Position numbers and translations under genes: made by a program
DNA from: Candidatus Micrarchaeota archaeon
Lineage (GTDB): Archaea; Micrarchaeota; Micrarchaeia; Norongarragalinales; SBBD01
NCBI GenBank assembly: GCA_018819225.1
Contig: JAHJQN010000003.1
Coordinates: forward strand, 64,001 to 128,000
DNA length: 64,000 nucleotides
Direction of reading: 5' to 3'
In this document: positions 28,608-38,497 of the stretch, in pieces
Position numbering within the stretch: position 1 is the first letter of the stretch
How the letters are laid out: every line of letters begins with the position of its first letter
Notes under the pieces: generated by a model
What the model saw: only the letters and a program-made list of their open reading frames with translations
What the model was told of the DNA's origin: nothing
The model's database searches: none

Positions 28608-30350
28608 CTACATTCGCTCGGGAACCGTTATTCCCAGCACGTCGAGCGCGGATTCCAATACCGTCTCCGTACTTTTCACGAGATGCAATCGAAATGCCTT
28701 GGATTCCTCACTTTCCGCTTTCAGCACAGGGCACGCGTCATAGAATAACGAGAACTGGGTGGCTAGCGAGAACGCGTAGGTGCACACGGCATGCGGTGCC
28801 CGAGAATGCGCGGCAGCCGACAACACGTCCGGATAAGAAGAAAGCAAGGCGATCAAACGCTTTTCCTGATCGTGCATTGGAAGCGCTTTCGGAAGGGCGG
28901 GAATCTCGGAAACATTCCCTTTACGAAAAATGTTTTTTGCGCGAACGATCGTGTATTGTAAATAAGCGGCGGTGTTCCCATCAAAACGCACGGCATCCTT
29001 CAAACGGAACGTAATGTCCTTTTCCGCCGTGACTTTAAGAACGGAATATTTAACGGAGGCGATGCCCACGGAATGCGCGATCGCCTCCGCCTCCTTCGGC
29101 GTATATCGTTGGCGTTGTTGCACCTCTTTCAACGCATATTCTTTAGCGGTCTGCAGAACGTCCTCCAACAACACCACGTGACCCTTGCGAGTCGAAATGC
29201 GTCCTTCCTCCAAGAAAATCAGTCCAAAACCCAAATGCATCAAGCGGTCGGCAAACGGTTTCTTGAGCGCCAGGAGCAAAGCAAAGACCTGCTGGAAATG
29301 GAGGTTCTGTTCGCTCGCCGTCACGTATAATCGGAACGCGTACTTGTATTTGCGGTAATCGCGTGCCGCCAGGGCCAAATCCCTCGTGGAATAAAGCGTG
29401 GTGCCGTTCGAGCGAAGAATCACGAGATTCGGCAAGCCGAGCGGCTCCAAGTTTCCAACGATTTCTCCCCCCGTATCCTTGAACGCCACATTCTTTTTTA
29501 CGGCCTCGCTCACCAGCTTTTTTCCTTCCGAAACAAAATCGGAATCAAAGACCTGCTCGTCAAACGTAATGCCTAGTAATTGGTAATTGCGTTCGAACGG
29601 CAAACAACTGGTATCCCGCACGCTCTTCAAATCCTTCAGAACCAATGCATCGCCCGATTCCATGCCTTCCACCAACGCACGCGCCCGTTTCTCCAGTTCG
29701 GGATGCGTCTCCATTTCCGCGTGAATCTTCACGTAGTATTTCAACAAATCGTTTTCCGTGAGGATACCTTCCCGACCAAATTGTTTTACGGCTAACAAGA
29801 GTTTGGCGGTTTGCAAGCCCGCTTCGCACAAATAGTTCGTGGAAATCACGCGATACCCCTGCGTACGGTACAAGCGAGCGAGAGAATCTCCTAAAATGGT
29901 GGAACGAATGTGGCCGATATGCATGGGTTTGCCGATATTGGGAGACGAAAATTCAACGATCACGGTTTTCTTCTTGCCGGAATCGCCGATACCGTAAGAC
30001 GAATGACCGGCCAGTTCAATTAAAACGCGATTGTAAAATGTCGACGAAAAAAAGAAGTTGACGTAACCATTCGCTGCTTCCACCTTCTCAAACAACGCGT
30101 CATTCGAAAGGCGAATGGAAGATACGAGGGATTCCGCCAATTGAATCGGATTTCCGAGCGAGCGATCGCGACCGCACGCCTCGAAGCACACGTTGGAAGA
30201 GAGGTCACCCAAGCGCTTGTCGCGCACGTCCTGCAAACGCATCTTTTTTTCCGAGAAATCCAAATGAGGAACCGTCTTCTTCAACGCGCGGACCAAGAGG
30301 CGAGCGGCTTGCGTTCGCGCCTGCAATGAAACGTAAGGAACCATTTCCAT
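28608..30350 (-). CDS. argS: Arginine--tRNA ligase
   Basis: EFSSPNIGKPMHIGHIRSTILGD, RSNGTTLY, ISTRKG, YLQY, C-terminal ERM. Confidence 0.96.
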   Translation of the reverse strand: MEMVPYVSLQARTQAARLLVRALKKTVPHLDFSEKKMRLQDVRDKRLGDLSSNVCFEACGRDRSLGNPIQLAESLVSSIRLSNDALFEKVEAANGYVNFFFSSTFYNRVLIELAGHSSYGIGDSGKKKTVIVEFSSPNIGKPMHIGHIRSTILGDSLARLYRTQGYRVISTNYLCEAGLQTAKLLLAVKQFGREGILTENDLLKYYVKIHAEMETHPELEKRARALVEGMESGDALVLKDLKSVRDTSCLPFERNYQLLGITFDEQVFDSDFVSEGKKLVSEAVKKNVAFKDTGGEIVGNLEPLGLPNLVILRSNGTTLYSTRDLALAARDYRKYKYAFRLYVTASEQNLHFQQVFALLLALKKPFADRLMHLGFGLIFLEEGRISTRKGHVVLLEDVLQTAKEYALKEVQQRQRYTPKEAEAIAHSVGIASVKYSVLKVTAEKDITFRLKDAVRFDGNTAAYLQYTIVRAKNIFRKGNVSEIPALPKALPMHDQEKRLIALLSSYPDVLSAAAHSRAPHAVCTYAFSLATQFSLFYDACPVLKAESEESKAFRLHLVKSTETVLESALDVLGITVPERM

Positions 30351-30400
30351 TCACGGACACGTAACAGGAATAAGAGATTTAAATAACGAGAGGGGTTTGT

Positions 30401-31381
30401 TCAAATGAGATAGGGTAGGGCAACGAGTGCGATAACGGCTGCAGCGGCTTCCACCGCCAATAAAACGCGCACGACTTGGGTTTCAGTAACGGGTTGCCAC
30501 CGCATGATGACGTGAGTCAACGATCCAATATGCGGAGGCGAATGCAAAATTCCTTTCGTATCCGGAATCCCGAAACATTGCGCCTGAAAACGGGAGCGCA
30601 ACTTTAAAAGGAATTCAACGAAATACGGGGCGAATAATACCAATCCGAATAACTCCAGGTTTCCGATAATGGCCGCTGAAGCAATCGTGGCTCCAATCGT
30701 GTACGTTCCCACGTCCCCGGGAAACACTTTCGACGGAAACCGGTTGTAGTGAAAAAAAGCAAGGAGTGACGCCAGCAAACACAATGATAGAATCAAGGCT
30801 TCCCAAGCGCCCGTGGAGAATGCGGCAATGGAAAGTGCGGTGGCCATGATGATGCCCATACCGGCCTCCAATCCGTTGAGTCCGGCCAACATGTTGAATG
30901 CGTTCGACGCCCCACCCACTCCCAGAGGAATCGCGATCACCGGATAGAAGGATCCGAAGTGAATCGGTCCAATGAAAGGAAAGTCAATGATGCGACTTCC
31001 CGCCCGCACCGAACTCAACGGAATCGCGGAAAAAAATGGGAGCGGGGCCTTCACGCGTCGTTTGAGCACATACAAATCGTCGATGATACCCATCAAACCC
31101 ATGAGCAGAATCGTGCCCAGTGCGCCCAAAAGAAAAATCTTCTCGAGCGCGGGGGTATTGTAGCCCAGCGTAATCGCTGCAAGCAAACCGAGACTGAGAC
31201 CGAAAACAAGGGCAATTCCTCCCAACTCGGGAACCTTGCGCCGGTCTTTCTTGTTGAAATCGACGCCCTGCAAACCCACATGCCGAGAATTGCGGATGAC
31301 GAACGGAACCGCAAAGAATACCGCTAAGAACGACAACGTGAAAGAAAAAGCGAAAACCTCAAACAACGCGAATTGGACCAT
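30401..31381 (-). CDS. MraY/GPT-family polyprenyl-phosphate HexNAc-1-P transferase (AglH-like)
   Basis: VPELGG, GIIDD, NAFNMLAGLNGLE, VFPGDVGT. Confidence 0.9.
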   Translation of the reverse strand: MVQFALFEVFAFSFTLSFLAVFFAVPFVIRNSRHVGLQGVDFNKKDRRKVPELGGIALVFGLSLGLLAAITLGYNTPALEKIFLLGALGTILLMGLMGIIDDLYVLKRRVKAPLPFFSAIPLSSVRAGSRIIDFPFIGPIHFGSFYPVIAIPLGVGGASNAFNMLAGLNGLEAGMGIIMATALSIAAFSTGAWEALILSLCLLASLLAFFHYNRFPSKVFPGDVGTYTIGATIASAAIIGNLELFGLVLFAPYFVEFLLKLRSRFQAQCFGIPDTKGILHSPPHIGSLTHVIMRWQPVTETQVVRVLLAVEAAAAVIALVALPYLI

Positions 31382-31393
31382 CCAATAAATCGC

Positions 31394-34171
31394 CTACGCG
31401 ACGAGCTTGAAAATCTTGACTTGACCGTTCGGAGACGTGTACGCATGCTCAAAACCCTCCAGCGTTCCGAAGAAGAAGAGCTGCACGAACGCTGCCTCAA
31501 ACAAATGACTCTTAAGGCGTCCGTCCGTCAATGTTTCCAGATCCGGATTCAGATTCATGAAGGCGGCATTCGAATTATACAAGAAGCCCGTGCTGGACAG
31601 CGGCACGGCATTGATGCGCGAGTCCCCACCCAGGCTCACCAACTGAGGATTATTCAACGCTTTCTCCTCGCCGGGTTTGATCAATAAGGACAAGCCCCCG
31701 TTGTTATCCAAGCAGTAGAACGCGCCGAACCCCGAGTACATCATGGCCCGAGGAATCACTCCCGGACACTGCACGCGCTGCGGATCTCCTCCAGGAGTCG
31801 GTTGGAAAACGGAATAGATTTGCTCGAACGCGTGCTCGGTTTCATATTCGCTTTGGCCCGGACCCGCATCCCAGTTCGCAATGGAAGGCGTGAAACCGTT
31901 TTCAGGCCCGCTGTACGTGCCGGAAAGATAATTCAAGGCGCCCCATTTCGGCACCAGTTCCGCGTCCGCTAAAAGGTAAGTGGCCCCGTGCTGCTTCATG
32001 GTGTTGATGAGTTCCTGCGTGTTGCCGTTCACGAAACCGTGAGCCGTCTGTTGATCGAAATCCGGATGCACATTACCGGGATCGAGCACCGTCTTGCTCT
32101 CCCCGAAGAACACGATCCAATGCCCGTAATCCCACCAGGAAATCACGCGGTCATTATCCGAAAGATGGTCTTTCATCCAGTCCAACGATTCCATCCAATC
32201 CGGAGAAATGCGCGAGTATTGCAAGCCGTTGGAAGCGGCATTCGCGATCGGAAGCTGCATGTTGAAGAGGATAAGACCCGTGAGCAACACGATGACGGTC
32301 ATCGCGCCCCGCAAATACTTCGACTCCATGAGCTGATAGTTATCGTTCAAGGTCTCGAACGTGCGCTTGAGTTCTCCGAGAATGAACGGGATGGCAAATC
32401 CGAGCGCCACCGCCAAATGGACCAAGAACTTCACGCGGTTCAATCCAATGTACGCGACCGGGAAGAAAATGAGAATCGTCAGCAACGCCAATCGATCCCG
32501 CTTCTCGGAATAGGCGTACAATAGAATCATGGATCCCAAGCTCACGATGAGAAAGATGAATACGTCGCTCGAAGTCAGGAAACCAATCAACGTCGCCAAT
32601 GCCGGAAGCGAGGAGCCCACCGCGTTAGCAAGAACCGTAAGGAGCGAGTCCAGAAACGAGTTGAAGAAAATTAAAAACAAGGCCACAATCAAGAACGTGG
32701 CCGCATACTGCTTCTCCACGCGCCTCCATATGACGACGAAAGCGGATAACACCGCCATGAGCGTGGCCATCAACAAGACTTGCTCCGGATTGAATTCACC
32801 GAATGCGGAACGGTAAAAGCCCGGATTCGTGGCCGCTCCTTCCTGAACCGTTTTATAGAGCGCATTGGAAACCGTGGCATAACCGAGCGAGGAATTCGCG
32901 ATGCCGATGAACTTGGAGCCCAACGGACTGATAAAAAGAACGAGACTTCCGAGAATGAGAACAAGCGCCATGAGCTTGGGAGACGACAATTTCAAGCGTT
33001 CGCCCACGCGGAAATGCGCGAGAGCGTAAAGGAATAAAGCGAAAACCGCGGAAAGCACGACCAACTGGGTTCCGCTCGTGATAAACTCAATAGAGACCGG
33101 CGCTACGCGGTAAAACGCGAGAAGAATATTTCCGAACAACGCGCCTCCTCCGAACAACAAGTAGATTTCCGTATACGTTTTGTCCATTTCGTGCGACAGA
33201 AAATCGACCATAGCCTGCAATGCAATGTAAGCGGCCAAGACCGTGAACGGCCAGATGTGGTGAGCCGAACCCGTCACGGAAAGGAAAGCCACCAAGCCGG
33301 CAATCAAACCTAAGCGCACGCTCTTGCGGCCCAACGCCAGACCAAAGAAAATCAGAGCGGCAACGGAAATGAAGATTCCGAACGGCGCTTGCTCGGACAC
33401 GCCGGCCGCGAACTTGGAGACGAGTTGCGGCATCACCGTCAGAAGAGCCGCACCCGTTAAACCCACGTACGGGCCGTATTCCTCCTTTAAGTAAAGGAAC
33501 GCCAACCACACCAGGAAAACCGCTACGAGCGGCGGATAGAGCTGAATAATGAGAATCATATCCGTCTTGTCGAACAACGAACCTGAAAAATCTTGATGCA
33601 ACAAGAACCAGCCCCCCGTCAGATAATGGATGACGGGAAATTCGCGGTGGCTCTTCATTTCCGGGAAGTACGAGAGATCGGATTCCACGGGAATCTGACC
33701 CGTTTCCACGAGCATGCGCGTCAATTGATCGTAATAATACGGATCGAACTCGAAGAAGTTGGGTGCCCACGACGTGTTCACGCGGAGCCAAAATCCGTAC
33801 ACGGCAATCAAAAGAAGCACCGCGAACACGGCTTTCAAACGCCAGTCATGCTTGACGTTTGACCAGTGGTTAAACGCGTCCTTCAATTCGCCGGGAATCC
33901 GGCCGATCTGATGGTTTCGGAACATCAACGCGATGCCCGCAATGAACACCAACAGGATGTTGAAGAGCACGACCCCGGTATTGAACCGAAGCCCCAGGAA
34001 CTGGAACTCGAGAATGGCCAGGGTAGGCGGAAGCAGAATGCCGAGAACGACGCCGATCAACGTTTTTTCCAAACGGGAGAACGTAATACGGTGCAATAAC
34101 GCGAAGCCGAAAATAATGCCCGGAATAGCGAACAACAGAAAGATGAACAGCAATAGAAACGGCTCGATCAT
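31394..34171 (-). CDS. aglB: Oligosaccharyltransferase AglB (STT3)
   Basis: FEFDPYY, TVQE and the WWDYG motif. Many N-terminal TMs and a soluble C-terminal domain. Confidence 0.93.
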   Translation of the reverse strand: MIEPFLLLFIFLLFAIPGIIFGFALLHRITFSRLEKTLIGVVLGILLPPTLAILEFQFLGLRFNTGVVLFNILLVFIAGIALMFRNHQIGRIPGELKDAFNHWSNVKHDWRLKAVFAVLLLIAVYGFWLRVNTSWAPNFFEFDPYYYDQLTRMLVETGQIPVESDLSYFPEMKSHREFPVIHYLTGGWFLLHQDFSGSLFDKTDMILIIQLYPPLVAVFLVWLAFLYLKEEYGPYVGLTGAALLTVMPQLVSKFAAGVSEQAPFGIFISVAALIFFGLALGRKSVRLGLIAGLVAFLSVTGSAHHIWPFTVLAAYIALQAMVDFLSHEMDKTYTEIYLLFGGGALFGNILLAFYRVAPVSIEFITSGTQLVVLSAVFALFLYALAHFRVGERLKLSSPKLMALVLILGSLVLFISPLGSKFIGIANSSLGYATVSNALYKTVQEGAATNPGFYRSAFGEFNPEQVLLMATLMAVLSAFVVIWRRVEKQYAATFLIVALFLIFFNSFLDSLLTVLANAVGSSLPALATLIGFLTSSDVFIFLIVSLGSMILLYAYSEKRDRLALLTILIFFPVAYIGLNRVKFLVHLAVALGFAIPFILGELKRTFETLNDNYQLMESKYLRGAMTVIVLLTGLILFNMQLPIANAASNGLQYSRISPDWMESLDWMKDHLSDNDRVISWWDYGHWIVFFGESKTVLDPGNVHPDFDQQTAHGFVNGNTQELINTMKQHGATYLLADAELVPKWGALNYLSGTYSGPENGFTPSIANWDAGPGQSEYETEHAFEQIYSVFQPTPGGDPQRVQCPGVIPRAMMYSGFGAFYCLDNNGGLSLLIKPGEEKALNNPQLVSLGGDSRINAVPLSSTGFLYNSNAAFMNLNPDLETLTDGRLKSHLFEAAFVQLFFFGTLEGFEHAYTSPNGQVKIFKLVA

Positions 34172-34228
34172 ATGAATAAAGTCCCCTCTAACGCGTCAGG
34201 AAAAAATTACGCGGACTAGGTTTATAAA

Positions 34229-35497
34229 TCAAGCGCCCGCTCGACGGAAAGCTTGCGGACGCAGGCTATACCAGATGCGAATCGAAACCGCGGTCAAAAG
34301 CGTAAACGAGGAAAGCACGACAGCCAACGCGGCGCCTTGAAGATGCAGGACGGGAACCAAAAGGTTCAAGAGAAGGGCATGCAAGCCAATGCCCGCGATC
34401 AGCAAGAGGAACGGAAACCGTTCCTGACGCTGCGACCACATGATGTTCAACAAAATCGTAAAAATGGCGAAAAAGAACGTGCCGATGGCCAGCAAGGTCA
34501 ACACCGGAGCGGCCCCGGCGTATTCATCGGGATAAAAGAAGGAGATCAAGGGCCCGGAAAACAACACGAAGGCCACGAGCACCGGCAGCAAGAAAGCGGA
34601 CGACTTCCAGATCAGTTGCTTCAAAGCGGCCGGATCCTTCGCATAAGAGAGCTTCGAAGATTTCGGGAATACGACGAGCACGATGCCCGCCGCCAAGTAG
34701 AACAATACTTTCGAAGTGACTTCCGCCACATTGTAAATGCCGGCAGACACGCTCCCCAAATAGTACTTGACGAAGAAGAGCGCCAAGTACATGAACGCGG
34801 AAATCATAAAGCTCGTCAACATCAAAATGAAAAAGGATTTCTTGAGGCTAATCGTGTACGGAGTCGTACCCTTAAGACGAAAGCGAAAGAACGCCGCCAG
34901 CACGAGCACCACCACCAAATACCCTGCCGGAAACGAAGCCGCGGCTCCCAAGAGCCCGAAACCCATGAACACGAGCAAGACCGCCGACGCGAGCTTGAAG
35001 AACTCGCGCGCCACGCCAATGGCCATGAGTACCACAATGTTTTCCTTGGACTGGAAGTAGCTGGAAGCCATGTTCATGAAATACGCGGCGGGAATCCCCA
35101 GCGAGATAATCGCAGCCGCCCATTGAAGTTCACGGCTGTTGTACACGAAAAGTGCGGCCAACGAAATAACGATAATCAAGAGCGCACTGAGCAACGTGAC
35201 GTTTTTCAAGTACTTAAACAAGACGAAGTGCATTTTCTTGAACTGGCGCTTGGCCTCCAATTTCGAGAGCTCGCGCGTCAACACCGCGGAAATACTGGCC
35301 GCGGGAACACTGGCCACCGCAAACAAACCGATGAGCACGCTCAAATCCCCGTATTGGCTTTGAAGCAGCATGCGCGTCATGACGAAATGGAACAAATACG
35401 CAAGAAACAAGTTGGCCAAGGTTCCCGACGTAGCGATGAGATTGCTTCGAAACAATGGACGATCGCGCAAGATGCTGCGCACGCTCTCCAAATACAT
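34229..35497 (-). CDS. Oligosaccharide flippase (Wzx/MOP-like)
   Basis: About 12 TMs, TR.L..YG, AGIY..A, VFPK. Adjacent to aglB. Confidence 0.85.
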   Translation of the reverse strand: MYLESVRSILRDRPLFRSNLIATSGTLANLFLAYLFHFVMTRMLLQSQYGDLSVLIGLFAVASVPAASISAVLTRELSKLEAKRQFKKMHFVLFKYLKNVTLLSALLIIVISLAALFVYNSRELQWAAAIISLGIPAAYFMNMASSYFQSKENIVVLMAIGVAREFFKLASAVLLVFMGFGLLGAAASFPAGYLVVVLVLAAFFRFRLKGTTPYTISLKKSFFILMLTSFMISAFMYLALFFVKYYLGSVSAGIYNVAEVTSKVLFYLAAGIVLVVFPKSSKLSYAKDPAALKQLIWKSSAFLLPVLVAFVLFSGPLISFFYPDEYAGAAPVLTLLAIGTFFFAIFTILLNIMWSQRQERFPFLLLIAGIGLHALLLNLLVPVLHLQGAALAVVLSSFTLLTAVSIRIWYSLRPQAFRRAGA

Positions 35498-35510
35498 TCG
35501 TGCAATACCC

Positions 35511-36425
35511 CTACCGTTTCTTGCGGAGAAGATTCTCGAGTCGCTGATTGTTCTTGAGGCTCATGTCCGCCAACATGCCGATCGCCCAGATTTGAATGGC
35601 GAGCAAGAACGAGAACGCCGCCAAGATCGTGGACGGAACGTGCTGAACGCTCCCAAAAACGATCTTCTCGTAAACCACGAGAGACGCGGGCCATAACCCG
35701 AACAAGAAGAACAGGAAACCCAGGATGCCGAAAAAGTATAAGGGCTTCGTATCGCGGATCATGAGAATCAAGGTCTTGAAGATGCGCAATCCGTCGTGAA
35801 TCGGATTCAGTTTCGTCTGGCCCTTCCGCTTCTTGTAAAACAAGGGAAACTCATGAATCCGCAAGTTATTTCGAAGCGCTTCAATCGTGATCTCGGTCTC
35901 GACTTCAAACGCCTGGGAGACGAGATTCAACTCGTCCAGCTTCTTTCGGGATAACGCACGATAGCCCGTCAACATGTCCGTAATGTTCTTTCCATAAAAG
36001 AAGCGGATCAACGCATTGAACGCGATGTTGCCCAGCGTGTTGAACGGCGTGATACTGGCGGAATCGCGTTGCGCCAGGCGCGTCGCCACCGTCATATCCG
36101 TTTTCCCGTCCATCAACGGCTCGACGAGTTTCGGAAGCTCTACCGATTGATAGGTGCCATCCCCGTCAATGAACACCACGTAATCGCATGAAATCTGTTC
36201 CAACGCCTCTTGAATCGCCGCCCCCTTCCCCCTTGTTTTTTGAATGAGAACCGTAGCACCCGCTTGCTTCGCTCGCGAAACCGTCCGATCCTTCGAGCGG
36301 CCGTCTATGACGACCGGCGTCACCTTTAGGTTGCGGACGCGCTTCGGAAGCGTCTTCACGACATCGAAAATAGCGTCTTCCTCGTTAAGGGTAGGAATGA
36401 GTACGCAAATATCGGTACGGATCAT
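35511..36425 (-). CDS. Dpm1/ArnC-like GT2 (polyprenol-phosphate glycosyltransferase)
   Basis: IPTLNEE, IDGRSKD, GKGAA, IDGDGTY, DMLTGYR, FEVETE and two C-terminal TMs. Confidence 0.9.
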   Translation of the reverse strand: MIRTDICVLIPTLNEEDAIFDVVKTLPKRVRNLKVTPVVIDGRSKDRTVSRAKQAGATVLIQKTRGKGAAIQEALEQISCDYVVFIDGDGTYQSVELPKLVEPLMDGKTDMTVATRLAQRDSASITPFNTLGNIAFNALIRFFYGKNITDMLTGYRALSRKKLDELNLVSQAFEVETEITIEALRNNLRIHEFPLFYKKRKGQTKLNPIHDGLRIFKTLILMIRDTKPLYFFGILGFLFFLFGLWPASLVVYEKIVFGSVQHVPSTILAAFSFLLAIQIWAIGMLADMSLKNNQRLENLLRKKR

Positions 36426-36521
36426 GCGGGTAACCCCCTCGTCAAACAATATCCCTCGAACCCTATTAAAAGCATTGTCCTTTGAAGTATTGTTAACGAC
36501 CGAAACAAAGGAGGGGAAACC

Positions 36522-37361
36522 GTGTTCGCCTTACGAATCGACATCGACAGCCGGTACGGGCTACGCAACGGCGTACCCCCTCTACTTGACATCCTTCGAA
36601 AACACGACATCCCAGCGGCATTCTGCGTCGTCATGGGAGGCGAATCCGGCGTGATCGACGTACTGAAACACCGCGGAGGAAAAGCCGGCCTCGGAGGCGG
36701 CGTCAGCATCCCGAAAAAAGAGATCGTGCGCATGCTCCTCCGGCCGAAAAACTTCGCGGAAGAAAACGTGGAACTCCTCCAACGCATTCCAAAAGAAGGG
36801 CATACGCTGGGCGTGCATGCCTGGAAACACCGCGCCTGGACACGATCGCTGGATACGATTCCCGTGAAAGAACACATGCGAATGGCTACCGAAAAGTACC
36901 GGGGGTTGTTCGGAAAAAAACCCGCGCATTTCGTATCCCCGGGATTCCGCGTGAATCGCCAAGTACTCGAAGGACTCGACGAACTGGGCTATGCATATGC
37001 CAGCGACCTGCCTGAAGAGATCCCGTTCCGTCCCGAAGCGCACGGACACGTGTTCCAACACGTGCAAGTACCCGTTACCCTGAAAGCCGACGATACCAGC
37101 CCCTTGTTCGAATACTACTCGAAGAAAGGATGGCGGAACGAAAAAGTCGTGCACCGGATCCTCATGCAAGTACTCGAACGCGACAAGAAAAACGAGCTCG
37201 CAACCGTTTATCTTCACGACGTATTCGAGGGAACGGTTAAGCCGCAGATCGTCGACCAATTCCTGCGCGGCATCAAAAAAGAAGGGGTTCGCGTCACGAC
37301 ATTTGAAAAACTCGCTCGCGAAGGAAAAAAGCATGTGCGGCGAGTGCTCAACGATAATTGA
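36522..37361 (+). CDS. ArnD-like polysaccharide deacetylase (CE4/NodB fold)
   Basis: ALRIDID, GVHAWKH..W, SPGF, YASD, QVPVTL, YLH. Confidence 0.85.
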   Translation: MFALRIDIDSRYGLRNGVPPLLDILRKHDIPAAFCVVMGGESGVIDVLKHRGGKAGLGGGVSIPKKEIVRMLLRPKNFAEENVELLQRIPKEGHTLGVHAWKHRAWTRSLDTIPVKEHMRMATEKYRGLFGKKPAHFVSPGFRVNRQVLEGLDELGYAYASDLPEEIPFRPEAHGHVFQHVQVPVTLKADDTSPLFEYYSKKGWRNEKVVHRILMQVLERDKKNELATVYLHDVFEGTVKPQIVDQFLRGIKKEGVRVTTFEKLAREGKKHVRRVLNDN

Positions 37362-37372
37362 AGTGAAGCACG

Positions 37373-38497
37373 ATGTTCATCACCGGGATAGGAAAAACAA
37401 AATTCGGGGTTTCGGAAAGCCCCCTCCATGAAATGGCTTACGAGGCGGCCGCGCAAGCTCTTCACGATGCGGACATGACGCCGAAAGACCTTCAAGCCGT
37501 ATACGTTTCCAATTTCGTAGGGGGCCCGGATGCGCGTCAATTGCACTTGAATGCCGTACTCGTCAGTCTCCTTCAATGCGAGGGAATCCCCGCGTTCCGA
37601 ACCGAAGCCGCATGTGCCGCGGGAGGCAGCGCGGTCTTTCAAGCGATTCGCAGCCCGTACGATAATATTCTCGTCGTAGGCGCGGAGAAAATGACGACCA
37701 CGAGCGCGAAACAAAACAGCATGCATATCGGTTTTGCCGGCGACCGCTTGCTCGATCAAAAAGAAGGCCTCATTTTCCCGGCGAGTTACGCGCTCATCGC
37801 CCAACAACATATGATGACGTACGGAACGACCTTGGACGATCTGGCCGCCGTTTCCCTCAAGAATCACGTAAACTCGCAAAGGAATCCGCTCGCTCATTTT
37901 GCGCACAAGAAAGTGACGCTGGAAGACATTCGGAAATCTCCGATCGTGTGTTCGCCACTGCGTTTGTTTGACTGCTCGCCCATTTCCGATGGAGCGGCTG
38001 CCGTCGTACTCACGAAAAAGAAAAAAGGGAACAGCATTTCCATCGCGGCCTCCGCCATGGCCACCGATTCCATTTCCCTCGTTCAGCGAAAGAACTTGAC
38101 CTCTTTTCAAGCCACGAAACGGGCCAGTGAAAACGCCTATAAAGAAGCGGGGGTTCAAGCGAAAGACTTGGATGTGATGGAAGTGCACGATTGCTTCACG
38201 ATCGCGGAACTCGTGGCCATGGAGGATCTCGGGGTATGCGCTCCCGGAGAAAGCGGGAAATGGGTGCGCGAAGGAAAAACCGCGTTGAACGGCGAGCTAC
38301 CCATCAACCCGGATGGCGGATTGAAAGCGGATGGGCATCCCATCGGCGCCACGGGCATTGCCCAACTCGTCGAGTTGGCCGCCCAGTTGCGGGGGGAAGC
38401 CGGAAAACGGCAAGTGAAAAACGCGGAAACGGGTTTGGCACAAAACGTGGGCGGCGTCGGCGGAACCGCGGCGGTCCACATACTGAAAAAGGGATGA
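37373..38497 (+). CDS. Archaeal-type thiolase (acetyl-CoA acyltransferase)
   Basis: EAACAAGG, DCSPISDGAAA, EVHDCFT, GHPIGATG, QNVGG. Confidence 0.93.
   Translation: MFITGIGKTKFGVSESPLHEMAYEAAAQALHDADMTPKDLQAVYVSNFVGGPDARQLHLNAVLVSLLQCEGIPAFRTEAACAAGGSAVFQAIRSPYDNILVVGAEKMTTTSAKQNSMHIGFAGDRLLDQKEGLIFPASYALIAQQHMMTYGTTLDDLAAVSLKNHVNSQRNPLAHFAHKKVTLEDIRKSPIVCSPLRLFDCSPISDGAAAVVLTKKKKGNSISIAASAMATDSISLVQRKNLTSFQATKRASENAYKEAGVQAKDLDVMEVHDCFTIAELVAMEDLGVCAPGESGKWVREGKTALNGELPINPDGGLKADGHPIGATGIAQLVELAAQLRGEAGKRQVKNAETGLAQNVGGVGGTAAVHILKKG

Noticed and set aside
34253-35557. 434-aa plus-strand ORF, and similar long antisense ORFs such as 15008-15823, 26182-26934 and 38668-39573
   Set aside because: These are shadows of well-supported genes on the opposite strand and have no motifs.
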